From Terriglobia bacterium (GTDB lineage Bacteria; Acidobacteriota; Terriglobia; 20CM-2-55-15), in contig CBDCLE010000018.1 of assembly GCA_965218585.1 (NCBI GenBank), positions 1-32,209 on the forward strand: a DNA stretch of 32,209 nt, in the 5' to 3' direction. The position numbers were made by a program, and so were the translations under genes. The notes under the pieces are model-generated. The model did not search any database. It was not told the origin of the DNA and saw only the letters and a list, made by a program, of their open reading frames with translations. This document shows positions 1 through 9,955 of this stretch, in pieces; position 1 is the first letter of the stretch; every line of letters starts with the position of its first letter.

Positions 1-83
1 ACGTCGGTTTTGGAATAATATAGGACATCAACGTTTGGTCTCGTATTAATCAGCGTGGAAACCAACTGCCACGCATTGCCGGA

Positions 84-104
84 TCTCACGAAATTATCGT
101 GAGA
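84..104 (+). promoter_or_regulatory. Perfect 8-bp inverted repeat overlapping the start of the cupin gene RBS
   Basis: TCTCACGA-aatta-TCGTGAGA; the right arm runs into GAGAGGAG (101-108). Confidence 0.35.
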
Positions 105-115
105 GGAGAAGCTAA

Positions 116-922
116 GTGAAGAAGACAATTATCGTATTTGCCCTCGTTATCGTTTTCGGGGGTCTATCCCTGATGGACGTACGTGCCCAAGGCATTATTG
201 AACCAGTGCTGCTCGACAAGGCGACTCTCTCCGGACTCAGTCTGGAGGCAACAGACGCGGAATTTGCGACTCCGGACCGCGAACTGTTTTCCAGAGTTGT
301 CTACTCAGGTAAAAAGTTTGATGTGACCCTCATGGCCGGTAACACTGGTCGGGCGAGGTTTGAAGACTATCCGGTTGATGAGTTTGTCTATGTCGTCAAC
401 GGACAGGCGACGCTTACCACTGACGATGGCGTTTCGCAGACGTCCCATACGGGCGACTTTTTCATGGTACCGAAGGGTTTCACGGGCGAATGGCACAGCC
501 AGGGCAATCGGTATTTTCAGGAACTGATCGTGATCATGAAGGACCGTTCTGACCAGGTCAATGAAGGCCAGACCCGGCCGTTCCTGATAGACAAGACGAA
601 GTTCTCTGGTTTAGGAATTGATCGGATCACCTGGGCACTCGACCCGGACCGCGAGGTGTATCGGGAGGTGTTGTATGACGGCACCGAGTTGAACGTGGCC
701 ATTGTTGCCGGAGCTACCGCAACGACTGAATTGACGGAACCGGGGGCGGAAGAGTTCGTCTATGTGGTCAATGGCACGGCGACATTGACTCCCAAGGGAG
801 GCAGGCCTCAAACCTTCTACACGGGCGATTTCTTCGTGGTCCCCGAAGGTTTCGTGGGAACCTGGACCAGTACGGGAAACCATCTCTACAGGGAACTGAT
901 TGCCATACCCGGCGACCAGTAG
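116..922 (+). CDS. Secreted tandem-cupin protein (two DUF861/EutQ-like cupin domains)
   Basis: GTG start after GAGGAG. N-terminal signal peptide. Two internal repeats EFVYVVNGxATLT...TGDFFxVPxGFxGxW, typical of DUF861 cupins. Confidence 0.8.
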   Translation: MKKTIIVFALVIVFGGLSLMDVRAQGIIEPVLLDKATLSGLSLEATDAEFATPDRELFSRVVYSGKKFDVTLMAGNTGRARFEDYPVDEFVYVVNGQATLTTDDGVSQTSHTGDFFMVPKGFTGEWHSQGNRYFQELIVIMKDRSDQVNEGQTRPFLIDKTKFSGLGIDRITWALDPDREVYREVLYDGTELNVAIVAGATATTELTEPGAEEFVYVVNGTATLTPKGGRPQTFYTGDFFVVPEGFVGTWTSTGNHLYRELIAIPGDQ

Positions 923-929
923 AGTCAAC

Positions 930-2054
930 TCAATCTGTCGGGCTACCCTCCAGCAACGGTTCGATGAGTAGATTCTCGGCCCCGTTCTCCGTGCACACTG
1001 CGTAGGTGGAGTTCTCTCTGGCGTACATCGCGACACCCGCATGTTCGCCCTTCGCGTTCAGGACATAGAAATTGACGTTGAAGTTGGGCTCCCCGCGAGT
1101 GTTCAGGAGCCGGCTCTCGATGGTCGCAGTCTTGATTCGATTCAGTGCGTCCATCCCGGCGTCCTTCGGTGTCATGCCCCTGCGCAGATTTTCAACAATG
1201 AGAAATGAGCAGAGGCCGTAGAGGTTGGCTTCGCCCCGCCCGGTGGAACCGGCGGCACCCACATCACCGTCGACATAGAGTCCGGCCCCGAGGATTGGAG
1301 AATCTCCCACCCGTCCCGGTATCTTCCAGGCCAGTCCACTGGTCGTTGTCACACCGGCCAGCTCGCCCGTGGGCGAGATGCCGTTGCAATTAATGGTGCC
1401 GAAATAGTGGTCGGCATCGATCAGGCCTTCGGCCACCATCTGTAGTCCGATCTCTAAGACGGCTGCATCGCGTTCGGCTGGATCCAGGTAGTGCAGCGGA
1501 TCGATTCGACGTTTCCATTCCAGCCACCGTTCGCGCGACAGCGGGGTGTTGAGATCGTCTTCGATTTCGAAACCCACGTTGCGAGCAAACCGCTGGGCAC
1601 CTTCCCCGACCAACAGGTGATGGTCCGTGTTTTCCATTACGGCCTTGGCTACCAGCGAAGGTGTTCGGACGCCTTCCAGAGCGGCGACGCCTCCCGCGCG
1701 TTTTTTCGGTCCGTGCATGCAGCAGGAGTCGAGTTGCACGATACCGTCGGCGTTGGGCAACCCACCGTAGCCGACACTCGCATCGTCGGGGTCGAGTTCA
1801 TTGAGGTTGACGCCCGCCAGCAAGGCGTCGAGCACATCGCTGCCGTCGGTGAGACGCCGGAATGCTTCCTCGACACAGGTCGTGTTACCGCCGTTCCTGA
1901 AGCGGTTACCGTTGCCCGATGAGATGACGACCGGCCTCACCGATCTGGATTGAATGGACGGTGCCTCGGCGAAGAGTCGCCCACCCGAGGCGCCCGCGGC
2001 AACGCCGCCGAGCACACTGGTTTGAATGAAGTTACGTCGATTGATACGTGACAT
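930..2054 (-). CDS. N(4)-(beta-N-acetylglucosaminyl)-L-asparaginase / isoaspartyl peptidase family (Ntn hydrolase), Tat-exported
   Basis: Tat motif NRRNFI. Family motifs SVGYGGLPN, TTTSGLAWKIPGRVGDSPILGAG and STGRGE. Probable autocleavage Thr in GTINC. Confidence 0.9.
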   Translation of the reverse strand: MSRINRRNFIQTSVLGGVAAGASGGRLFAEAPSIQSRSVRPVVISSGNGNRFRNGGNTTCVEEAFRRLTDGSDVLDALLAGVNLNELDPDDASVGYGGLPNADGIVQLDSCCMHGPKKRAGGVAALEGVRTPSLVAKAVMENTDHHLLVGEGAQRFARNVGFEIEDDLNTPLSRERWLEWKRRIDPLHYLDPAERDAAVLEIGLQMVAEGLIDADHYFGTINCNGISPTGELAGVTTTSGLAWKIPGRVGDSPILGAGLYVDGDVGAAGSTGRGEANLYGLCSFLIVENLRRGMTPKDAGMDALNRIKTATIESRLLNTRGEPNFNVNFYVLNAKGEHAGVAMYARENSTYAVCTENGAENLLIEPLLEGSPTD

Positions 2055-2453
2055 GGCTGGCTCCTTGAAAACTCTCTCCGAGCCGGTGCACTCACTGCGG
2101 AAGAAATCGCATCGGGCTCGGGCTCCCCATTTAGCGCTGTCTCGAACCGAAACTCTGAAACCTGGGCAAATCTAACTACAGCTTGGATTTGTAAGCAAGG
2201 AGAGTCTTCCGCCCCGCGACACGCCATCGCCGAAGGTCTGACCAAGCCCGATTCCGAGTCAGAGCCCGCGAGATGACTTTGTAGTGTCAAAATGAGGTCT
2301 CCCGGCCTCCGTTTGTGACGGTCTGCTGTCGGAAGAAGACTCCCCAACTTTTGGCGGCACTTTGTTTTCAGTTACTCCCGGATTGGTGAGTCGTTTGCAT
2401 CTTATTCAACTGGATGCGGGCACGTAGAAGTATTTCGAGGGGAGGATTGGATC

Positions 2454-2876
2454 ATGAGGCTTTTGCTGCCGACCATGATGCTGTTTCTTGGGGTGCCCCT
2501 CTTCGCACAGACGCGGATTCTGATCGACAACACGACTACTCATGAAGTGGACACCCAACGCATACGCCGACTAACTGAAGAAGCTGTCGCCAGGGCAGGA
2601 GGGAACGAACCCACCGTCGTTGTCCACATCTGGCCAAAGATGACGCTCCAATCGGTCACCGGCAAATCGATGGAATCGTTCTTTGTCGGCCCGAACCACG
2701 TTTTCATGCACGACGTGGACTACCTGGCGTTTGTTCAGGGTGTGCTTCTGACGTCGTTTCCTGACGTAGACGTTGCTGAATTGGCTCGGGAGGGCCGCCG
2801 AATCTGGCTGGAGGAAAGCCTGGTGCTGCGTCTCGATGAGATTGCCACCGAGGTGGCGGCCAGTGTTCCGGAGTAA
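2454..2876 (+). CDS. Hypothetical secreted protein
   Basis: Strong RBS GGGGAGG, ATG start, signal peptide ending LFA-Q. No family recognised. Confidence 0.7.
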   Translation: MRLLLPTMMLFLGVPLFAQTRILIDNTTTHEVDTQRIRRLTEEAVARAGGNEPTVVVHIWPKMTLQSVTGKSMESFFVGPNHVFMHDVDYLAFVQGVLLTSFPDVDVAELAREGRRIWLEESLVLRLDEIATEVAASVPE

Positions 2877-2887
2877 AAGGTAGCTCG

Positions 2888-3643
2888 TTACTTGAAGATT
2901 GTCTTGGGCCGTTCGAGGGCGATGCCGTCTTCCACGATGTCGACGACCTCGTTGTAGAAGCAGACCAGGCCCTTGATCTTCGGACACTCGGGAATCGGAT
3001 CGGGGTACGACCAGGCCAAATCCTTGCGAATGCTGTCGCCAATCTTCACTGCGAAGGTTTCGGCAATCCCTTTGTAGGGACACCGGGTCACTGTCTCGGT
3101 CCTCTCGATCAGGTCGAGACGTACATCTTCGCGAGGGATGTAGTAGCGGGTCGGTAACCCGGTTTCCCACAGCAGTAGCGGACGGCGGGTGTCGGCCACC
3201 TTCGTGCCATCGACAGAAACCTCCACATGGCGTGAGCTTTGACCTGTGTCGATCCGCTTGTACGGGTCGCGGGGGTGCACGTAGATCTCTTCGTCTTCCT
3301 CAAACCAATGGTCCATCGTTAGCCACTTGAAGGTGAGGTAGCCGTCTAGGTCCGCCTGGTCGGGACTTGGCGGATTGCGGTATGTATACGCGGCGTTATC
3401 TGCCTTCTGGTCCCCAACCTTCAAGTTCCAGAAAATTTTCTCACCACGGGGATCGTCCCCAATGCGCTTCGCACTTTCTTCCAGCAGGTCCATGCGGACA
3501 TCTTTCTTCGGAAAGTAGTAGGCCGGATACGGAGGTTCGAAAAACAGCATCATGTTCATGCTGTCGGCGATCACCTGGCCGTTGAAGTATGTCTGCACCC
3601 TGCGGGGACTGGGCACCGTAGTGTAGGTCTGTATGTTGTACAT
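2888..3643 (-). CDS. DUF427 domain protein (two tandem copies)
   Basis: Motifs YYFPKKDV, VHPRDPYKRID, ETGLPTRYYIP, TRCPYKG and AWSYPDP. GGAGG RBS. Confidence 0.9.
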   Translation of the reverse strand: MYNIQTYTTVPSPRRVQTYFNGQVIADSMNMMLFFEPPYPAYYFPKKDVRMDLLEESAKRIGDDPRGEKIFWNLKVGDQKADNAAYTYRNPPSPDQADLDGYLTFKWLTMDHWFEEDEEIYVHPRDPYKRIDTGQSSRHVEVSVDGTKVADTRRPLLLWETGLPTRYYIPREDVRLDLIERTETVTRCPYKGIAETFAVKIGDSIRKDLAWSYPDPIPECPKIKGLVCFYNEVVDIVEDGIALERPKTIFK

Positions 3644-3813
3644 CGCTCGCCGCCTCCCGGTGATTTCGAGAATCGAATCATTCTAACGCCGGCAAGCGAG
3701 CGGTGCCATACCCGGCCGAAATCGTCCTGTTGTAATCCCGATTCACGAGGAGTGAGTAGATCACTGAAATGGGGTATGATCCTCTGACACTTTCATCTTG
3801 TGGGAGGGATCAG

Positions 3814-5061
3814 ATGCGGCGGAACGTGTTCATCCTAGTAGCGTACAGTCTGTTGGCAGTTTCGGGAACCTGGATGTTTTCGCCTCAAGCGGAAGCCTTC
3901 GAGGTACAGGGTGCGGGGGCTTCGCCCCAGGAAGACGTAGCGGGAGAACTGGTGGGACGGCTGAGCCTGGAGAGCTATAAGGAGACAGTCCGCGGGTTGA
4001 CCGAGTTTGGCGATCGACGCCAGGGCACGGATCGAAACCGGGCGGCGGTGGACTGGATCGAGGCTCAACTCGAGAGCTATGGCTGCACGACGGGAAGGCT
4101 CGGCTACGAGTACAACCCGCCTCCGCCAAGGGAAGGTGGCCGTGGCAACCGGCCCGCACTGGATCCTGTCATTGCCAGTGGCGAGATCCGCACCGGGCCT
4201 GGAGGTTCCAGATACCGAGGTACAACCCGGCCTACAGGTGTGAACAACGATCCTGAAGCCCAGCCCGACCTGGCGCTGCGCGAACTCAACAGCCAGCCTT
4301 CGACTCCCGGTGCGCGCGAAGAGGTCTACTGCACAAAGGTTGGCTCCACCCGTCCCTACGAGATGTACATCATTGGCGCACACATGGACGGACATGGCTG
4401 GGGTCAGGCTGCCAACGACAACGGGTCGGGTACCGCGCTCGTCATGGAATTGGCGCGCGTCCTCAACATGCCTGACGTACAGACGGACCGCACAATTCGA
4501 TTCGCACTGTGGAACAACGAAGAGACCGGGCTCAACGGGTCCCGTGCTTATGTGGAGCAGCGTGAGGAACTTCAGGGCAGGGAAAACCCGCCGGGATCAG
4601 GCCAGTTTCCCGAACCCACCTGGCTTGGCATGATCCAGCACGACATGATGATGTGGGACCACGGGATGCCTCGTCCCGACGGGACCTGGAACCCGGACCA
4701 GCGGCCCGAAGCGGATGTCAACATCGAGTTCCAGTCCACGTCGGAGTTTTCCGATGACGCCATGAAACTCGCGTTCTTCTTCCGCGATGCCAACGAGAAG
4801 TATGCCAGGGACTATCCCGCGGCCGTAGGATCGCACATGTCGAGTACGGACTCGGTACCCTTCATGGATGCCGTCCCTTCGATCAGCCTTCGTGAAAACG
4901 AACGGGGAATGCATACCGGTGCCGGATGGAATCCGACATGGCACCAGCCGATCGACGTGTTTCAAACGTTCAGCGACGACGATTTCCGGCTGGGTCTCAA
5001 TGCCGCTCAGACGACGCTCGGAGCGATCAGCGAACTGGCAAGTGCGAGAATCGACGATTAG
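3814..5061 (+). CDS. M28 family metallopeptidase, secreted
   Basis: Zn-ligand motifs GAHMD, ANDNGSG, NNEETGL, HDMM and a C-terminal His. Start moved to ATG 3814 (after GGAGGG, followed by a signal peptide). Confidence 0.85.
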   Translation: MRRNVFILVAYSLLAVSGTWMFSPQAEAFEVQGAGASPQEDVAGELVGRLSLESYKETVRGLTEFGDRRQGTDRNRAAVDWIEAQLESYGCTTGRLGYEYNPPPPREGGRGNRPALDPVIASGEIRTGPGGSRYRGTTRPTGVNNDPEAQPDLALRELNSQPSTPGAREEVYCTKVGSTRPYEMYIIGAHMDGHGWGQAANDNGSGTALVMELARVLNMPDVQTDRTIRFALWNNEETGLNGSRAYVEQREELQGRENPPGSGQFPEPTWLGMIQHDMMMWDHGMPRPDGTWNPDQRPEADVNIEFQSTSEFSDDAMKLAFFFRDANEKYARDYPAAVGSHMSSTDSVPFMDAVPSISLRENERGMHTGAGWNPTWHQPIDVFQTFSDDDFRLGLNAAQTTLGAISELASARIDD

Positions 5062-5086
5062 AGGTTAACGCTGAGGCAACAACATT

Positions 5087-6799
5087 ATGCATAAACTATA
5101 TGCCCGTGGTTTCGTCAGCCTATGTCTGGTCCTGATCGCGAGCGTGGCGCTTGCCTCGTGCACGTCCGGTCAGGATGAGGCCATCGGGGAGGACGAGGGC
5201 CGGGCGGCGGAGGGGAATGAACGGCCAAATATTCTCCTGATCATGGCCGATGACCTGGGCTACACCGACATCGGAGCCTTCGGCAGCGAGATAAGGACGC
5301 CGAACATCGATACCCTGGCACGTTCCGGGCTTACCATGACCAACTTCTATGCGGCGCCGACCTGTTCCCCCGCTCGGGCCATGATGCTCACCGGCATGGA
5401 CAATCACCTTACGGGTTTCGGGACGATGGCAGAGCACCTGGCCGTCAACCAGCGAGGTGAGCCGGGATTTGAGGGGTACCTGAGCGAGGATGTGGTCACC
5501 GTGGCCACACTACTGGGCGCTGCCGGGTACCACACCTACATGGCCGGGAAATGGCATATCGGCCCGGCGCCGGGAACCCGGCCCCACGAGAGAGGATTTG
5601 AGGAATCCTTTGCTCTGATGCAAGGGGGCGCAAGCCACTTTTCGGACAAGAAGCGAATGTTGAATGCCTATCCGAGGACCGTTTATCTCGACAATGGCGA
5701 AGAAGTCGAAACGCTGCCCGAAGACTTTTATTCCTCGGCCTTCTACACCGACCGGATCATCGAGAACATCGAGAACAACCATGAGGACGGCGCGCCCTTT
5801 TTCGCGTGGCTGGCCTTTTCTGCCCCGCACTGGCCCCTGCAGGTGCCCGACGAGCATTTGGGCCTGTATGAAGGCGTATACGACGAGGGTTATGACGTCT
5901 TCCGCGGGCGGCGCCTCGAGGCTGCCCAGAACGCCGGGTTGGTTCCCTCCGACATTGACGAGTTTCCCCGGTTGCCGCGGGTGACGCCCTGGGATGACCT
6001 GACCGGAGAGGAGCAGCGATACTCCGCTCGTGTCATGGAAATCTATGCGGCCATGGTGGAGCGGCTCGATCACAACGTGGGTCGGTTGATCCAATATCTG
6101 AGAGACACGGGTCAATATGAGAACACGATGATCATCGTGATGTCGGACAACGGCGCCGAGGGTAATGACCGCATGCAACTACTCGACAACGCCACCTGGG
6201 TGCCGGCGAACCACGACCTCAGCTACGAGAACATCGGCAGGCGGAATTCCTATAGCTTTCCCGGACCGGGGTGGGGGCAAGTGAGTTCCGCGCCCCTTCG
6301 TCTCTTCAAGGCCTATCTCACCGAAGGTGGTTTGCGGGTGCCGATGATCGTGGTCTACGACGGGATCGAGGCCAGCACGGGCTACAACACGGCGTTGGCC
6401 ACAATCCAGGACCTCGCGCCTACCTTCCTCGAGCTGGCCCAGACAAAGCATCCGGGCACAACCTATGAGGGACGTCCCGTGCGGGCTATGATCGGCCGGT
6501 CACTGATGCCCTTGCTGACGGGGCAGACGGAGGCAGTCTACGATGAGGGCGACGCCCTCGGCTGGGAGCTCTTCGGGCACAGGGCGGTTCGACAGGGAGA
6601 TTGGAAGCTGCTCTGGGCCGACGGGAAGAACGGGTCCGATACGTGGCAGCTCTACAACATCGCCGAGGACCCGCGTGAGGTTGTAGATGTGGCCGGATCC
6701 GAACCTCGAAAGCTCGAAGAAATGATAGCGCTCTGGGAAGACTACTCGGAGAACAACAACGTGATCCTGCCCATTGGCGACATCGGAAATCCAAACTGA
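5087..6799 (+). CDS. Arylsulfatase (Cys-type formylglycine sulfatase), probable lipoprotein
   Basis: Motifs ADDLG, CSPARAMMLTG (CxPxR), GKWHIG and SDNG. Lipobox-like LASC. Confidence 0.92.
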   Translation: MHKLYARGFVSLCLVLIASVALASCTSGQDEAIGEDEGRAAEGNERPNILLIMADDLGYTDIGAFGSEIRTPNIDTLARSGLTMTNFYAAPTCSPARAMMLTGMDNHLTGFGTMAEHLAVNQRGEPGFEGYLSEDVVTVATLLGAAGYHTYMAGKWHIGPAPGTRPHERGFEESFALMQGGASHFSDKKRMLNAYPRTVYLDNGEEVETLPEDFYSSAFYTDRIIENIENNHEDGAPFFAWLAFSAPHWPLQVPDEHLGLYEGVYDEGYDVFRGRRLEAAQNAGLVPSDIDEFPRLPRVTPWDDLTGEEQRYSARVMEIYAAMVERLDHNVGRLIQYLRDTGQYENTMIIVMSDNGAEGNDRMQLLDNATWVPANHDLSYENIGRRNSYSFPGPGWGQVSSAPLRLFKAYLTEGGLRVPMIVVYDGIEASTGYNTALATIQDLAPTFLELAQTKHPGTTYEGRPVRAMIGRSLMPLLTGQTEAVYDEGDALGWELFGHRAVRQGDWKLLWADGKNGSDTWQLYNIAEDPREVVDVAGSEPRKLEEMIALWEDYSENNNVILPIGDIGNPN

Positions 6800-6937
6800 T
6801 TCAGTCGTCGAGCTAGAAGTCACCGAAGCCAATGCGGCACGGCCTCCCTGGACGCCTTGGATTCGGTCTACCTTTCGCAACTCAATCCACAATTGCCTGG
6901 CTCAACTGCTCCGCGATCTTCGTGTTGAAAGATTTCC

Positions 6938-7531
6938 CTAATCGATTTCCCGGATCCGAACGTTGCGGAATTTAACGATACCTGCCCCGTACTGGAGTGC
7001 AATGGGGCCGGCGCTGAATTCGTCGTGTTCGATGTCTACCGTGCGGGTGTTGTTCAGCGTCACCATGAGCCGTGATCCATCTGCCGTGATCTGGTAAGTG
7101 TTCCACTGGCCCCCGGTATTGATGATTGCCTCAGGCGGGGCGACGTTCACGATTCCGCCCGTTCTGTACGTCTGGTCGGCACGCGTGTCGAAGATGTTCA
7201 CTTCGTAGGAGTTGTCGGCTCCAACATTTTCTGCGTCCGAGCAACGAATGAAGATGCCGCTGTTGGCGGGCTCATCCACCCAGAACTCCAGTTGGAGTTC
7301 GAAATTCCCGTAAGAAGCCGGCGTTACGAGAAACCCGCTGCCACTGTCGGCGCCCACGGATCCATCATCGTCCAGTTCCCAATTCGCGTCGCCGAGCAGG
7401 TTCCATCCGTCGAGGTTGGAACCATCGAACAGCGTCGTCCATTGATTTTGCCCCGATACTGCCGGCGCAAATTGTCCGGTTAGAAGCCCCGCAACCAGTA
7501 ATCCGATCACAACCGTTGCCAAACGTTTCAT
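6938..7531 (-). CDS. DUF1080 / 3-keto-disaccharide hydrolase family protein, secreted
   Basis: Motifs LFDGSNLDGW, NSGIFIR, QWNTYQI, GPIALQ and KFRNVRIRE. Start set at ATG 7531 after GAGGAG; ATG 7552, which overlaps the upstream stop, is an alternative. Confidence 0.85.
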   Translation of the reverse strand: MKRLATVVIGLLVAGLLTGQFAPAVSGQNQWTTLFDGSNLDGWNLLGDANWELDDDGSVGADSGSGFLVTPASYGNFELQLEFWVDEPANSGIFIRCSDAENVGADNSYEVNIFDTRADQTYRTGGIVNVAPPEAIINTGGQWNTYQITADGSRLMVTLNNTRTVDIEHDEFSAGPIALQYGAGIVKFRNVRIREID

Positions 7532-7548
7532 TAGGATCTCCTCTATGG

Positions 7549-8904
7549 TCATTGCTCCTGGTACATGTAGTCTGTCACCAGGTTCGACAGCGCACGAACC
7601 CCAACGATCAGTGCCGATTCGTCTGCGAAAAAGAACGGTGAATGGTTTGGTGCAGCATCTGAGGGATCGGTACCGTCCGGCGTGATCCCGAGTCTGAAGT
7701 AGAGCGCCGGCACTTCATTGGCGAAGTAAGCGAAGTCTTCAGCCGTCGTTGTCGGAGGCGTAATGCCTACGCGGTCGGCGCCCGCCACTCTTCTCAGGGT
7801 GGGGAGCATGCGTTCTGTCAGGATCGGATCGTTCATGAGTACAGGCGTTCCCGTTTCAATGACCACTTCCGCAGTGGCTCCGGCGCTTTCAGCGATCGCC
7901 GTGGCCGTCCGCCGGATCCTTTCGTGGATGTTTTCCTGCATCTCACCGTCCAGCGTCCGAATCGTCCCCACCATCTCCACTTCGTCCGGAATGATGTTGC
8001 GTCGCACACCGCCGTGGATCGTACCGATGGTGATGATCGATGCGGCCTCGGTAACGTTGGTCTGCCGGCTGGCAATCGTTTGGAGGCCGATAAGAATCTG
8101 AGATGAGACCACGATAGGGTCGACTCCATCCCAGGGGCGGGCCCCATGGGTCTGGCTCCCCCGGACCGTGATCCGGAGGGTGTCCGATGCCGCCATAGCT
8201 CCGTTGGGTTGATATCTGAGGCTCCCGCTTGTTCCCGGTACTACGTGAAGGCCAAAAGCGACTTCGGGGCGAGGATTTTCAAACGCGCCTTCCCTGAGCA
8301 TCAATTCCGCGCCACCCTCTTCGCCGTCAGGTGGGCCTTCTTCTGCCGGTTGAAATATGAACTTGACCGAGCCTTGCAGACGGTCCTGCATTCCTGTTAG
8401 CACTTCGGCAACGCCCATCAGGATGGCGACGTGGTTGTCATGGCCGCATGCATGCATGACGCCGACGTCCTGGCCGTTGTATGTCGACCTGACCGTCGAC
8501 GCGAAGGGCAGATCGACCTGTTCGGTGACTGGCAGGCCGTCCATGTCGGCGCGGAGCGCCACCACCGGACCGGGTTGGCCTCCGCGAAGCAGACCGACGA
8601 CTCCTGTATGTCCGACTTCAGTCTGAACTTCAAGACCCAGAGTCCGCAGATGATCGGCAACCTTTGCCGCAGTCCGGAACTCGCGGTTGCTCAACTCAGG
8701 ATTCTGGTGGATATCGCGACGCCACTCGATCACTTTGCTTTCTACTTCAGTGGACCGCTGGTCGATTTCATCAGTCAGTGGACTGACACCTTCCTGTGCC
8801 GAAGCTGGGGCCGGCAACGCCATCGATGCGGTCAAAGCCAGAAGAAGCACGAAAGTGCGGGCTGCCCGGGATCCTTTGACAGTGAATTGAGATTCAACAC
8901 GCAT
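7549..8904 (-). CDS. M20D amidohydrolase (N-acyl-amino acid amidohydrolase / carboxypeptidase-like), secreted
   Basis: Motifs LRADMDGLP, MHACGHD, FQPAEEG, HGARPW, AEDF and NHSP. N-terminal signal peptide. Confidence 0.92.
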   Translation of the reverse strand: MRVESQFTVKGSRAARTFVLLLALTASMALPAPASAQEGVSPLTDEIDQRSTEVESKVIEWRRDIHQNPELSNREFRTAAKVADHLRTLGLEVQTEVGHTGVVGLLRGGQPGPVVALRADMDGLPVTEQVDLPFASTVRSTYNGQDVGVMHACGHDNHVAILMGVAEVLTGMQDRLQGSVKFIFQPAEEGPPDGEEGGAELMLREGAFENPRPEVAFGLHVVPGTSGSLRYQPNGAMAASDTLRITVRGSQTHGARPWDGVDPIVVSSQILIGLQTIASRQTNVTEAASIITIGTIHGGVRRNIIPDEVEMVGTIRTLDGEMQENIHERIRRTATAIAESAGATAEVVIETGTPVLMNDPILTERMLPTLRRVAGADRVGITPPTTTAEDFAYFANEVPALYFRLGITPDGTDPSDAAPNHSPFFFADESALIVGVRALSNLVTDYMYQEQ

Positions 8905-8923
8905 GGAATCTTCTCCTATTCGA

Positions 8924-9286
8924 TCATTCAGTCCCCAGGGACCGGGACACGCTTTCTACCAGTTCGGCGGGACTGAACGGCTTGGAAATGACATCGCCGC
9001 CGGAAATAGAATGGTGTCCGACTGATTCGTCAATGTAGCCCGACATGTAAAGGATCTGTGTCTGAGGATTCGTTTTCTCCCACTCCTTCACGAAGGTCGG
9101 TCCGCTCATGTCGGGCATGACGACGTCGGTCAGGATAAGGTCTATCGATCGACCCGAGTACACTTCGAGAGCATTCCGAGGTGTCGCAGCACTCAGTACC
9201 GAATAGCCGGCAGTTTCCAGGACCATTACGGCGAGTTCCAGAAGATCGGGATCGTCTTCGACCAACAGTATTGTTTTCTGATCCAC
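8924..9286 (-). CDS. Single-domain response regulator (receiver)
   Basis: Acidic pocket VEDD, phospho-Asp in LTDVVMP, MSG and KPF. The GTG start is uncertain. Confidence 0.85.
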   Translation of the reverse strand: MDQKTILLVEDDPDLLELAVMVLETAGYSVLSAATPRNALEVYSGRSIDLILTDVVMPDMSGPTFVKEWEKTNPQTQILYMSGYIDESVGHHSISGGDVISKPFSPAELVESVSRSLGTE

Positions 9287-9546
9287 AGCCTTTACACCAA
9301 GACCTCTGGGATCGGGCTCGGCACGGAGTATCCGTTTCTCCCCTATCCTTCAGATGTCGGAAGCAAAAGTATGGTAAATCATACGGAAGGAAGAGAGTGG
9401 GATCAATTAAAGTTGGGTGCCACAGAAAGATGCGTTGCGCACCCTGTTTTTGCACGTTCGTTTCGTTCCGTGCTTTTTTCGTTGCTAAGGTTGAACTGCT
9501 CACCATAGAGTGTCTTTTGTTTAGGCCGAATCACTAGGAGAGATCT

Positions 9547-9894
9547 ATGTCGCTATCGCTGAATACACGGAAAGTTGATGGAGTGGTCATCGTTGATATG
9601 TCGGGCAAGTTGACGATCGGTGAACCCGTATTGTCGTTGAGGACGGCTGTCCGGCGCTTTGTTGACGACGGCAGCCTCAAGTTCGTCCTGAACCTGGGCG
9701 ACGTTTCTTACATCGACAGCTCAGGCCTCGGAGAGTTGGTCACCACGCATACCTCGCTCAGGAATCGAGAAGGCAACGTCAATCTGCTGAATCTCACGAA
9801 GAGAGCAAAAGACCTTCTTCAGATGACGAAGCTACTGACGGTCTTCGACACTTACGAAGATGAAGCGGAGGCAGTTCGAGCGCTCAACAGCTGA
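9547..9894 (+). CDS. STAS-domain anti-sigma-factor antagonist (RsbV/SpoIIAA-like)
   Basis: YIDSSGLG phosphoacceptor motif, 115 aa, AGGAG RBS. Confidence 0.92.
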   Translation: MSLSLNTRKVDGVVIVDMSGKLTIGEPVLSLRTAVRRFVDDGSLKFVLNLGDVSYIDSSGLGELVTTHTSLRNREGNVNLLNLTKRAKDLLQMTKLLTVFDTYEDEAEAVRALNS

Positions 9895-9955
9895 GGCGCA
9901 AATCCGTTAAATTCTTTCATTAGATGAGTGGACGCTGTCGGAACCGGATCAGGGT

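Noticed and set aside
9415-9479. Terminator/attenuator-like hairpins upstream of the STAS gene
   Set aside because: The stems are only 5-6 bp with long loops, so they could arise by chance.
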